Source of the DNA: an uncultured Chloroflexia bacterium
Lineage (GTDB): Bacteria > Chloroflexota > Anaerolineae > JAAYZQ01
Direction of reading: 5' to 3'
Length of the DNA stretch: 64,000 nucleotides
NCBI GenBank assembly: GCA_963700285.1
Contig: CAVOXA010000001.1
Location: 64,001 to 128,000, forward strand
In this document: piece after piece, positions 21,644 through 31,903 of the stretch
Position numbering within the stretch: the stretch's first letter is position 1
Layout of the letters: each line of letters starts with the position of its first letter
Notes under the pieces: model-generated
What the model was told of the DNA's origin: nothing
Seen by the model: only the letters and a program-made list of their open reading frames with translations
Databases searched by the model: none
Program-made: the position numbers and the translations under genes

Positions 21644-22912
21644 CTATCTCCAGGAAAAGGTTCGGGTCTCGCTGGACGGGCTGTGATCCTCGCCCAGCCA
21701 CGTCCCGTCATCGGCCACGCCGGTCTGTCGCATGATGGACACCTGCCAGCGGAAATGCTGCGGTTCCGTCCCCGCTCTGTACACCTCGGCCGGCACCCGC
21801 CACGAAGTAGCCTGGGTCCAGACGAGAGGTGGTTGCTCCGCCCTGGGATCCATGCTTCGCAAGCGGACGACGTAGAATTCGTCGGCGTCGAGGATGCCGA
21901 CCGAAGCCCAGTTGAGCATGACGACGGTCTCGGCGCCCTCAAAGGCTGCGCCGTCGGGGGGAGCCAGCAGGTAGGGGGCCGGTCGGGGTGGGCCGGGTGT
22001 TGGCGTCAGGGTTGGCGCCGGGGTGAGTGTGGGCGTTGGCGTGGCGGTGCCCACCGGGATCTTTAGTTCCTGGCCCACGCGCAGGTTGTTGCTATCCAGG
22101 CCGCTGGCCTCCTTGATCTCGTCCACCTTCACATTGTACTTGGCCGACAGGCTGAACAGGGTGTCGCCCGGCTGCACCTCGTGGATCTCGTAGGCCATGG
22201 TCGTGGTAAAGTCTGGCGGCTGGGCGATGATGATCTTGGTGCCGACGCGCAGGCTCGTGGCGTCGCTGATGTTGTTGATGGTCATGAGCGTCTCTACCGT
22301 GGTACCATACTTTTTGGCGATGGCGCTCAGCGTGTCACCGGTTTTTACCGCGTACTCAAAGGGCGTGGGCGAAGGCGTGGGGGTCACCGTTGGCGTAGAC
22401 GTGTTGGCCACCGGCAGGGGGATGATCAGCTCGTCGCCGATGCTGATGATCGACTGCGAATTGAGGCCATTGGCCGCCAGCACCTTGGCGATGGTCGTGC
22501 CATACTGTTTGGCGATGCTGGACACGGTCTCGCCCGACTCCACGGTGTGCCGGGTCTGGTTGGGCGGCAGGGTGATGGTCGGCGGCGGCGTGGGCGAATG
22601 CAGTGGCGTAGCGGAAGGCGCCACGACATAGGTCGCCGCGGGTGGCAGCGTGGCCTTTGTAGTGGCCGTTGCCGTGGGTACTGTCGTACTGGCCACCATG
22701 GCCAGTGGTTCATCGCGATCCCAGGGCTTCCACAGCCACAGGGCGGCGATGGCCGCGGCCAGCAGCAGGGGCAGCAGCAGGTCCCCTTGCGGCAGCCGCA
22801 AGTGCCTCTTTTTTTCTTCCTTCAATTGGGCCCCACACATCAGGCAGGTCTCGGCCCGCTGTGCCACAGGCGTCCCGCACTCGGGGCACTGCCTTTGGGG
22901 ACTCGGTTCCAT
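21644..22912 (-). CDS. Membrane-anchored 3x LysM protein with N-terminal Zn ribbon
   Basis: CPEC..CLMC, TM helix, PT-rich linkers, HTVESGETV / YAVKTGDTL / HEVQPGDTL LysM starts. Confidence 0.88.
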   Translation of the reverse strand: MEPSPQRQCPECGTPVAQRAETCLMCGAQLKEEKKRHLRLPQGDLLLPLLLAAAIAALWLWKPWDRDEPLAMVASTTVPTATATTKATLPPAATYVVAPSATPLHSPTPPPTITLPPNQTRHTVESGETVSSIAKQYGTTIAKVLAANGLNSQSIISIGDELIIPLPVANTSTPTVTPTPSPTPFEYAVKTGDTLSAIAKKYGTTVETLMTINNISDATSLRVGTKIIIAQPPDFTTTMAYEIHEVQPGDTLFSLSAKYNVKVDEIKEASGLDSNNLRVGQELKIPVGTATPTPTLTPAPTLTPTPGPPRPAPYLLAPPDGAAFEGAETVVMLNWASVGILDADEFYVVRLRSMDPRAEQPPLVWTQATSWRVPAEVYRAGTEPQHFRWQVSIMRQTGVADDGTWLGEDHSPSSETRTFSWR

Positions 22913-23100
22913 CGTCAATTCAACTCCAGTTTCAGGTGGATTCTCTGCACGATCAACTGGCAGCAATGCCTGGCTCCAAGCTGGTCCATGACCAGCGTTT
23001 CCTTGTCGAAAAACGCCGAATCACGGATTCGGCTCGAGCCGAGAGAGCAATCATCCTTCACAACGCACCCTTCAGGATGCTTCTAGCCAACCAAGGGCCC

Positions 23101-23208
23101 GTTCGTAGTGCGCGTTTCAACGCGCTTTCTGAGCCGCAAGTTGAGATCTTGACCCAGAACGGCGCTGAAGCATGTCCTGAGCGAAGCCGAAGGACGCCTA
23201 CTACGAAC
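23101..23208. repeat. Inverted pair of REP-like elements (…CTACGAAC family), the second carrying a nested insert
   Basis: GTTCGTAGTGCGCGTTTCAACGCGC (23101-23125) and GGCGCTGAAG[24 nt]CGCCTACTACGAAC (23161-23208); related copies at 26169 and 27076. Confidence 0.7.
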
Positions 23209-23369
23209 GGTTCTTGCCTCTGGGTATTGCCGGGTTACCTGGCAAAAGTACGACAGCGCGCTTTGAGTACGCCTGCCACGAACCCAGCTTGCAGCCCCCC
23301 GATTATATCAGACTGATCCTCTTTTGCCAAGCAGAACCGAGGGCACAACCAGGGCAGCAGCCATTCCCT

Positions 23370-23816
23370 CTCGAGATGGGCGATTCGCTCCTCATCGACA
23401 TCGGCGCCGCCTGGGCGGGCTACCAGGTGGATGTCACGCGCACGATGGTGCTGGGCGAGTCCAATCCGCTTCAGCGCAGGATCTGGGATACGATCCTGGA
23501 AGCCTACGAGGCCGTGGTCTCGATGGCCAGGCCGGGCGTTCCCTGCGTCCGTCTCCACCAGGCGGCGGAGCGCATCATCAACGGATCGGGCTTTGCCTTG
23601 AAGCACCGCATTGGCCACGGCTTCGGCCTGGCCACCTCTTTCGAGTGGCCCAGTCTGGATACGGAAACGGCCCCGCTGGAGCCGGGGATGACCATCGCCG
23701 TCGAGCCGGGCGTCTATGAGGTTGGGGCGGGCGCGATGAATCTGGAGGACAGCCTGGTGATCACGGATACGGGCTGTGAGGTGATCTCTGCCTGCTCGCG
23801 GGCGCTGGCGCCGTAG
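23370..23816 (+). pseudogene. C-terminal fragment of an M24 (Xaa-Pro) aminopeptidase
   Basis: DIGA..GYQVDVTRT, HRIGHGFGL, EPGVY, LEDSLVIT; N-terminal domain and a credible start are missing. Confidence 0.65.
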
Positions 23817-24008
23817 CTGGCTTTGCACGCATCGGCCGCCTTGGTCGGGAGCGCCTCGGTCGGGAGACCTTCGGCGATCAGGAAGCGCAGAAGAGATTTT
23901 TCGCCGCGCTCAGAATGACGTGCTCACGCTATTGCCTGATCATGTAGTCGAAGATCATCAGTGCCCACTACGAAACAAGCGACGGGAGTTCACCTTGTGG
24001 AGAAAAAT

Positions 24009-24056
24009 GGATGCCCGCCCCTCGACTTCTCGAGGGCAGGCTTGCGCGGGCATGAC
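24009..24056. repeat. REP-like palindrome with nested insert
   Basis: GGATGCCCGC...GCGGGCATGAC enclosing CCCTCGACTTCTCGAGGG. Confidence 0.6.
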
Positions 24057-24066
24057 AACCTGTCCG

Positions 24067-25925
24067 TTACTGCTCCAGCGCTTCTTTGGCCCGTTTGATC
24101 TGCTGGCCGCGCTCGTGCCTGTCCAGAATGTGCTTGCGGATGCGCAAGCTCTCTGGGGTCACTTCCAGCAGCTCGTCGTCACTCAGATACTCCATGCACC
24201 GGTCCAGGCTCATCTCCTGGGGCGTGGTTAGCCGGATCTCGATGTCCCGAATCGGGTTGCGCATGTTGGTCAGATGCTTGGTCTTGCAGACGTTGATGTC
24301 CAGATCGCCCGGCCGCTGGTGCTCGCCAATCACCATCCCCTGGTAGACCTCTGCCCCCGGACCGATGAACAGGCTGCCTCGCTCCTCGGCGTTTTTCAAC
24401 CCAAAGGTGGTGGCAACACCGGTTTCCCAGGCAACCAAAGAGCCGCGCGACCGGGAGCTGATCTGCCCGGCCAGGGGGCCATACCGGTAAAAGACGGTAC
24501 TCATCAGGCCCATGCCGCGGGTGGCGGTCAGGAACTGATAGCGAAAGCCCAACAAGCCCCGGATGGGCACGTGATAGGTGATCAGGACGCTGCCGTCGGA
24601 GGCATCGGTCATGTTGATCATCTCACCACGCCGCTTGCCCAGCATCTCCACCACCGCACCCACCGTGTCGGGCGGTGTCTGGATATGGACCTCTTCATAC
24701 GGTTCCAGGGTCTGGCCGTCCTGGTCTTGCTGCAAAATCACCCTGGGACGGGACACCTGAAACTCGTAGCCTTCGCGGCGCATGGTCTCGATCAGAATCG
24801 CCAGGTGCAGCTCGCCCCGGCCCGAGACGACAAACGTATCGGCCTGGTTCGTTTCTTCCACTTGCAGGGCGACATTGTGCCTGAGTTCCTCATAGAGGCG
24901 CTCGCGGAGCTTGCGCGAGGTGCCCCAGCGGCCTTCCTTGCCGGTCAAGGGGCGACGTGTTCACCCCAAAGGTCATCTGCACCGTAGGTTTTTCCACCTG
25001 GATGACCGGCAGGGCAACGGGGTGTTCCGGGTCGGCCAGCGTTTCCCCAATGGCGATTTCCTCCAGTCCGGCAATGGCCACAATGTCGCCCGCCTCGGCA
25101 GCCGGGACCTCCACTCGTCTCAGCCCCTCGTGCACGTAAAGGTAGCGGGCGCTTTCCAAAAGCTGCTCGCCATTCCGCGTGAGGCGAGTAATGGACTGCC
25201 CGGCCGTAATGCGGCCGGCAAAAACCCGGCCGATGGCAGTCAGGCCACGATAGTTATCATAGTCCAGCGTGGTCACCAGGATCTGAAGCGGGGCATCCAC
25301 GTCCACGGTTGGGCAGGGGATTTCTCGCAAGATGGTGTCAAAAAGTGGCTTCAGGTCCGGCCCGAGTTCGGGCGTCAGGCCTGCCTGGCCTGTGGTGGCA
25401 ACCGTGTAGACCACGGCGAAAGTCAGCCTGTGCGTCGGTGGCTCCCAACTCGATAAACAGATCAAAGGTCTCGTTGAGCACCCGATCGAGATCGGCGTTT
25501 CTGCGGTCCAGCTTGTTGATGACCACGACGGCGCGATGGCCCATTTCCAGCGCCTTCCGGAGTACGAAACGGGTTTGGGGCATGGGGCCTTCGGCTGCGT
25601 CCACCAGCAGCAGCACGCCGTCCACCATGTTGAGAACCCGCTCCACCTCGCCGCCAAAATCGGCATGCCCCGGGGTGTCCACGATGTTGATCTTGACCTG
25701 TTGGTCTCTCTCTGCATCGTAGATGCTGATGGCCGTGTTTTTGGCCAGGATGGTGATGCCACGCTCCCGTTCCAGATCGTTGGAATCCAGCACCCGCTCG
25801 GCTACCTGCTGGTTGCTGCGGAAGACGTGTGCCTGCTTGAGCAGGCTATCCACCAGCGTTGTTTTGCCATGATCTACGTGCGCAATGATGGCAATATTGC
25901 GCAGATCGGTTCGTTCGACGAGCAT
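24067..25925 (-). CDS. typA: Translational GTPase TypA/BipA (frameshifts near 25420 and 24950, probably errors)
   Basis: [53 protein letters not shown]. Confidence 0.93.
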
Positions 25926-25957
25926 TCGTACCGCGCCCCCTTATTCTAAACCATCTT

Positions 25958-26023
25958 ACCGCGGAGACACGGAGGACACGGAGTTTTTTGAGAAAAGCTC
26001 TGTGCTCTCTGTGTCTCTGTGGT
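25958..26023. repeat. Long imperfect inverted repeat (ACCGCGGAGACACGGAG…CTCTGTGTCTCTGTGGT)
   Basis: About 26-nt arms around a T/A-rich spacer. Confidence 0.65.
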
Positions 26024-26282
26024 TCATCAGATCCAGTGCAAAGACACACCAGTATAGTGCTTATGTTCCGATAGGTCAACTTTTTCCTCCTTGATGGTAG
26101 TGCGATTGCATCTGAGTTGGCGCCGGGGTGTTGGACTGTGGTCCAGCACGAGGAAGGGTGTGGCGCCGGGGCGCTGAAGCGCCCACTACGAACCGATGTT
26201 GCGGTCTACTGATCATGGAGGTGATGGAGGCTGAGGTGCGGGAGGAGAAGAAGGTCAGAGCTTGTCACAGGTCTCTCCAGGC

Positions 26283-26331
26283 TTGACGCGTTCACGTCCG
26301 ACTCTTACCATGAATCATAGAACAGGTGTTC
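26283..26331 (+). promoter_or_regulatory. Sigma70-type promoter with adjacent LexA-type box
   Basis: TTGACG-17 nt-TACCAT (26283-26311); GAAC-AGGT-GTTC at 26320-26331. Confidence 0.65.
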
Positions 26332-26408
26332 GTTTTGTTGTTCAGAAGAGGCAATCAGGCCCTGGGTGTACCAGCGGACTGCTGGGCACAGTTCGCGTGA
26401 GCAGGATC

Positions 26409-27098
26409 ATGAGTGGTACGCATCGATCAGGAAGACGGTGCGGCGCCGTGCGGGCCGATGGCAAGCGCTGCCGCCAGAAGGCGATCAATGGCCTGGAGCA
26501 GCCGCTGTGCCCGGTCCACGCTTTTGAGCACAAGGGCAATACCGACGGGAGCCCCCGGCATGGCTTCTACAGCCGGGGCGAGCCCACGGGCTTTGAGTAT
26601 CGGCGGCGCGTGGGGCCCGACGATTTCGTGCGGGGCGGGGGCCTGGCGTCTGTCAAAGGTACTCCACTGGAGATCCGGGAGCGGGAGATGGATGTGCATC
26701 CCCTGGAGCCGGAGCGGACGGACATCGACGTGGCCATCGCCGCCCTGGTGCACAAGATGGAGATCCTGGACGCGCTGATCTTTCGGGCTGAAGAGCACGG
26801 TCTGGACATTGTCACGCTGCTCGGCCTGTACCTGGCTGCTACGACGCGGTTGGGGCATTTGATCCGTGAGCGCCACGAGATGTCCAACAGGGAGGGCGAT
26901 GATCTGCTGGGGTTGCTGGAGCGGGCCAATGAGCTGCTTGAGCGTGGGGAAGGGGACTCGGGATCTTTTGGGGAATTGCACCGCCGTGAACAGGCGGTGC
27001 TGGACCGGTTCTGGTGTGAGGCTGGCCAGTGCGGGTCGTGCATGGCTTTCGGCGGGAATCACGGTGGGGGTGGAAGCGCGCTGAAGCGCGCACTATGA
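26409..27098 (+). CDS. Hypothetical phage-type protein with C-x9-C…CxxH (HGGxSTG-like) motif
   Basis: RCGAVRADGKRCRQKA…LCPVH…RHGFYS; 3' end runs into repeats. Confidence 0.6.
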   Translation: MSGTHRSGRRCGAVRADGKRCRQKAINGLEQPLCPVHAFEHKGNTDGSPRHGFYSRGEPTGFEYRRRVGPDDFVRGGGLASVKGTPLEIREREMDVHPLEPERTDIDVAIAALVHKMEILDALIFRAEEHGLDIVTLLGLYLAATTRLGHLIRERHEMSNREGDDLLGLLERANELLERGEGDSGSFGELHRREQAVLDRFWCEAGQCGSCMAFGGNHGGGGSALKRAL

Positions 27099-27290
27099 AC
27101 GGATCTGGCTATTGCTGGGCTGATTTCTTGGATTGCAAGAACCGGCGTGGCTGCGTAGTGCTGGGCGCGGCTGCGGTCGGGAGACCTTGCCGAACGGAAG
27201 TTGGGGATTGCTTCGCATCGGCGAAAGGCGCCTCGGCTCGCAATGACGGGGCAGGCATTCAACTCACCATGAAAGGAAAGGAAGCGGAAA

Positions 27291-28106
27291 ATGGCAACTT
27301 ATCGTCAGGTACACGTGCATATGTGGAAGGACCCGTGGTTTCTGGATCTGAGGCCGCCGTGGAAGCTGCTCTTTGTTTACTTGTTGAGCAACGAGCGGGC
27401 GCACCTGTCGGGGGTGTACGAGCTGCCCTTCCGGGCTATGCTTTTCGAGTCGGGGCTGAGGGCGAAGCAGGTGAGGGAAGCGCTGGCCTACTTTGAGGCA
27501 AGCGGGAAGGTGTGGTACGACGAGGAGAAGGGCCAGGTGTTTGTGCGCAACCTGATGCGCCACAACGCGCCAAACGCGATGAGCGCCAGGATCCTGGCCC
27601 ACCTGCGCAAGCACCGGGTATCGGCCGGGCGCGTGCAGTACTGGGCCATGTGGGAGGAGGTGTATCCCAAAGTGGCGGGAAGGTTATCGATGCCGTGCAT
27701 ACAGGAACAGGACAAAGAACAGGAGCAGCAGCAGGAGCAGGCCGGGCGCGGGGCGCCCGGTGGCAGCGGCGGCGGCAGGGGGATGGATGCGGTGGTCAAG
27801 ACGCTGGAACTGGCCGGGCAGGAGGCGGTGAATGCCCTGGACAGGCAGCGGATCAAGGAGATGATGGGGGCCGCGGAGGCGCACCGTTTGTCGCTGGACA
27901 GGGGCGTGGCGGGTGCCGGCCGCGCCGGGAGCGAGTGGGTGTGCGAGGCGGTGCGGGTGGCCAACGGGGCGCGGAAACGAGGGTCGCCGGTGAGCCTGAA
28001 TTTCGTCGAGTCGGTGCTGCGGCGCTGGATGGAGGAGGGATTCCGGGCACGGTGGGGTGGAGGGGAAGCAGTCCAGTTCGTGGATGTGGAGTACTGGGTG
28101 GACTGA
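27291..28106 (+). CDS. Phage-like replication initiator/replisome organizer with DnaD-like C-terminus
   Basis: MATYRQVHVHMWKDPWF…LFVYLLSN…SGVYELP…ESGL N-terminus; LNFVESVLRRWMEEG DnaD-like motif. Confidence 0.72.
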   Translation: MATYRQVHVHMWKDPWFLDLRPPWKLLFVYLLSNERAHLSGVYELPFRAMLFESGLRAKQVREALAYFEASGKVWYDEEKGQVFVRNLMRHNAPNAMSARILAHLRKHRVSAGRVQYWAMWEEVYPKVAGRLSMPCIQEQDKEQEQQQEQAGRGAPGGSGGGRGMDAVVKTLELAGQEAVNALDRQRIKEMMGAAEAHRLSLDRGVAGAGRAGSEWVCEAVRVANGARKRGSPVSLNFVESVLRRWMEEGFRARWGGGEAVQFVDVEYWVD

Positions 28107-28313
28107 GGGAAAGGTTCATGTTGGAGGTTGAGGTTCTGAATGGAGACTCGACCGCCCGGCGCTAAAGACGCCGGGCTGAGCAGCGAAGCCCCTTTGGGGC
28201 TGGATTCTAGCCCGCGGGGTACTGCAGGTGAGCTAGCGGCTCGCGCGCAACGCAGTCGGGGGCCGTTCCCGATTCAAAGATCAGATTTGGCCATGGACTG
28301 GCCAGGGTGAGGC

Positions 28314-29190
28314 ATGAAACTAGGCACAGCCGCGGAGCAGTTTAAGGAGATCAAGCCGTGGACGCGGAGCGGGATGGCGGCCTTTCTGGAAATCTGCCAG
28401 GTGGAGGACACGGCGGACCTGGAGCCGGCGGATCTGGCCGGCTACCTGCCGCGCCTGGCGACGAAGGGGTATGCAGCCGGCACGCTGAAGACGTACCGGA
28501 CACAGGCTAACGCCTTTTTGGGGGTGGCTGGTGGACAGGGGCCTGGTACGGTTTGGCCCGGAGGCGCTGGCGGAGATCGTGGCCGAGCAGTACAGGGACG
28601 TTCCCATGCTGACCCGGGAAGATCCCGTGGTTCCGGAAGAGAAGGAGGTGCGGGACCTGGTGGAGGCGGCGCACGAGGTGGCGCCCAGTATCAGCCCCGA
28701 TACGGCCAGGGGCCGGCGGCAGCGGTTGACCTATCTGCGCAATATCGCCATCGTGGAGACGCTGCGGGCGACGGGGATCCGGCCCGGGGAGCTGGTCTCG
28801 CTGCGGCGCTGTGACCTGGATGAGGGCAGCCAATGCGCCACGGCGCCGGATGGCCGGCGGCTGCACTTTGACCTGGAAAGCTGGGGCGCTCTGGCACGGT
28901 ACCTGGCGGCACGGGGGGACGCGACCGACCATCCGCTGCTGGTATGGCAAGCGCCGGTTTTTGCCCGGCACGATGCCAAGAGCGCCGGCCAGGACCTGGC
29001 GCCGTTGAGCCCGGAACGCGTGGGAAGGATCCTGGCCGGATTGAGGAGGGGCAGCAGGCTGAGGCCCAGAGATCTGCGGGCGCGCTTTGGGCAGCGCCTG
29101 CTGGAGGCGACGAAGGATGAGCGGGGGACGGGCAGGCTGCTGGGGCTGAAGAACAAGGTGGCGGTGCGGCGGTACCGGCCGGATGAATGA
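28314..29190 (+). CDS. Tyrosine recombinase/integrase-like protein (frameshift near 28520; degenerate catalytic motifs)
   Basis: N-terminal core-binding region, ATGIRPGELVSL box I, PRDLRARF, LLGL, C-terminal Tyr. Confidence 0.7.
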
Positions 29191-29311
29191 GGCCAAGTAC
29201 CAAAGCTAGTTGGCCAGCGGTTTGACGTCCACCGGATTCGAGGTTATGATGGGTCTGGCTGCACTGTGGCCGAGCCGTGGAGAGGCTGGCCGGGCGCAGC
29301 TGCCCGCATCG

Positions 29312-29380
29312 TTGCACCGCCGTGAAACAGGCGGTGCTGGCGTGGTGAAACGGGCGGTGATCGCACCGCCGTGAAACAAG
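29312..29380. repeat. Cluster of GCACCGCCGTGAAACAGGCGGTGC palindromes
   Basis: Near-identical copy at 26976-27003; partial copies follow. Confidence 0.65.
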
Positions 29381-29406
29381 CATGCACTAGATAGGAAGGT
29401 TGTCCG

Positions 29407-30636
29407 ATGGAACAGACGAGTTTCAAAGTGTATGGCTATCGCTGGATCGTGCTGCTGGCCTTTATGGCCATCGTTGTGGCCAACCAATCGTTGTGGATAA
29501 CCTTTGCGCCCATCACGGGCGCCGCGGCGACCTACTATGGGGTCTCGGATCTGGCCATCGGGCTGCTGTCGATGAGCTTTATGGTCGTCTATATCGTCGT
29601 CTCGATCCCGGCCTCATGGACCATTGACACCTATGGCATCCGGGTGGCGGTGGGCATCGGCGCGGTGCTGACGGGGGTCTTTGGCCTGCTGCGCGGGTTG
29701 CTGGCGCCTAGCTACACGCTGGTGCTGGTCTGCCAGATCGGGATCGCGGTGGGGCAGCCCTTTATCCTCAACGCCATCACCAAAGTGGCGGCGCGCTGGT
29801 ACCCCATCCAGGAGCGGGGCACGGCAGCGGGGTTGGGCTCGTTGGCCATGTACGTGGGCATCATGATCGGTTTGGCGCTGACGCCCTTCCTGACCCTTCG
29901 TTCCAGCATCGCTGACATGCTGCTGATCTATGGGGTCGCGGCCGTCATCGCCGCGGTATTTTTCTTCCTGTTCGCCAGGGAGCGCCCGCCAACGTCGCCC
30001 TGCCCGCCGGGCCAGGACGAGCGCACGCTGGTTTTCGACGGTCTGAGACAGATGGTACGCATGAAGGACTTTGTGCTGCTGATGTTCATCTTTTTTATCG
30101 GCTTGGGGGTCTTTAACGCGGTGACGACCTGGATCGAGGACATTGTGCGGCCCAGGGGCTTTTCCATCACGGAAGCGGGCCTGACCGGCGGCCTGATGGT
30201 GATGGGGGGCATCGTGGGCGCCCTGGTGCTGCCGGCGCTGTCGGATCGCGCGCGTAAAAGGGTGCCGTTCATGGTCTTGGCGCTGGCGGGGGCGACGCTG
30301 GGCCTGGTGGGCATCACCTACGCCACGAGCTACGGGCTGCTGCTGGCCTCGGCCTTTGCCCTGGGGTTCTTTTTGCTGGCAGCGGGGCCCATCGGGTTCC
30401 AATATGGGGCCGAGGTGGCCTATCCGGCCCCGGAGGGCACGTCGAACGGGTTGTTGCTGATGATGGGCCAGATCTCGGGCATCGCTTTTATCTTGGGGAT
30501 GGACGCGCTCAAGTCGCCGGCGACAGGCTCGATGACGCCGTCTTTGCTGCTGCTGATTGGGCTGATGGTTCTGGGCCTGCTGCTTTGTACGAGGCTGCGG
30601 GAATCGGCGTTGATCCGGGGGGAGTCGGGATCCTGA
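29407..30636 (+). CDS. MFS transporter
   Basis: About 12 TM helices; YGYRWIVLL, WITFAPI, EVAYPAPEG. Confidence 0.88.
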   Translation: MEQTSFKVYGYRWIVLLAFMAIVVANQSLWITFAPITGAAATYYGVSDLAIGLLSMSFMVVYIVVSIPASWTIDTYGIRVAVGIGAVLTGVFGLLRGLLAPSYTLVLVCQIGIAVGQPFILNAITKVAARWYPIQERGTAAGLGSLAMYVGIMIGLALTPFLTLRSSIADMLLIYGVAAVIAAVFFFLFARERPPTSPCPPGQDERTLVFDGLRQMVRMKDFVLLMFIFFIGLGVFNAVTTWIEDIVRPRGFSITEAGLTGGLMVMGGIVGALVLPALSDRARKRVPFMVLALAGATLGLVGITYATSYGLLLASAFALGFFLLAAGPIGFQYGAEVAYPAPEGTSNGLLLMMGQISGIAFILGMDALKSPATGSMTPSLLLLIGLMVLGLLLCTRLRESALIRGESGS

Positions 30637-30791
30637 TCGGCCATGAGGAGGTGGGAATCGACACCCTTTCCTATTGTGAGGTGTATGGCGTCGGCTGCTC
30701 GAGTTTGGATAAATGATCGGGGCGGTCTGCGACTTGCGCAAAACCGCCCCATGGTAGAAACTTGTGGCATCCCAACCAAGAGGTTTCTACC

Positions 30792-31045
30792 ATGCAACAG
30801 TTTAGCAACCTAATCGAGTTTCGTCAAACCGTCTACGACTATGTGCTCACTCGGGCCAGAGATGCGCAGTTCGAGTTGGTAGATGCCTTGCTTCTCAGCG
30901 CGCCCATCCATACCTTTCCCGAGTTGAGCCGTTCGCCCGCCTTTCGGCGTGAGTGGCACAGTGCCTATACCGCCTTTGAGGATGGACGTCAAGACCGGGA
31001 GCGGTTGGAGTGCTATCTCACTCAACTTCTGCCACCAGACGGCTG
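30792..31045 (+). mobile_element. N-terminal fragment of a DDE transposase (IS remnant)
   Basis: FRQTVY…DAQFELVDALL…ELS.SPAFRREWHSAY.A..DGR typical of the start of IS4/IS701-like transposases; truncated. Confidence 0.7.
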
Positions 31046-31625
31046 TCTAGGAGCATGTCGGCCAGCAGATGCTGCGGCGCCAGCACGGTCACCACGAATG
31101 GTCTCACATCATCATACTCGGACGCCACCAGTTCCCGACGTACCGCTACCTCTTCAAGCCGCCGATCGATGTCCACACGGACCTTCCCTTTGCCGCGATC
31201 CCGTCCGTCGTAAAGCGGCCCCTGGAAACTGGCGTCAAAGCTGTAGCTCACATCGGATACCCACTCGCGGCGCACCTCGGCGATGACACCAAAGTCTACC
31301 AATCGGGCGACGATCTCCTGCCAGGATGCCTGCAAGACACTCACATCGCCTTGACCACCTCGCCAATGCCTCCGGCATTCTGCATAAGATCGAGGCTGTC
31401 GACGATGGCCTTGGCCTCATCGGCAATGACGGTGGGCGGATCCGCGATTCTCTCCCGGAGGTAGCCAAAGAAGTTGTGCAGCTGTATCGTCACGAATCGG
31501 AAACGGTAGCCCCGATAGCTGACCGGGCGCTTTTTCCTCGTCGTCGCCACAAAGGTGGTCAGGGCACTTGCTCGGTGAATCCATAGTGGTGGAAAGCGGA
31601 CCAATAGGAAATGGGGACCGGTCAC
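31018..31625 (-). pseudogene. Degraded AbiEi/AbiEii-like type IV toxin-antitoxin remnants
   Basis: …FFGY…IADEAKAIVDSLD…AGGIGEVVKA (AbiEi-like) and QGPLY…VRVDIDRR…SEYDDV (AbiEii-like) fragments. Confidence 0.55.
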
Positions 31626-31903
31626 CTGGCCCAGGCGCCGGTGCGGGGTTGCCGCAGGACCGGCTTCCTACTGGGCGAGCGGTAGCAGAAACAGCGGGGC
31701 CTTGCCTGGGAGCTGGTGTCTGAGCAGCCGGGGGGCGGGAATCCAGGCAACCTGCAACCTAATGCATATCCAAAGCTGAACATTGGCATGGTGACTGGAC
31801 TTGATCCATTGGTCACAAGTTAAGGATCTGATGAATCTGTCAAGTTGCGCCGAAACATGCGTTACGTCAAACGAGACAGGCTGAATCTCCATTCAGGTCT
31901 TGG

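Noticed and set aside
26100-29400. Intact prophage
   Set aside because: No capsid, large terminase, tail or lysis genes and no att direct repeats found
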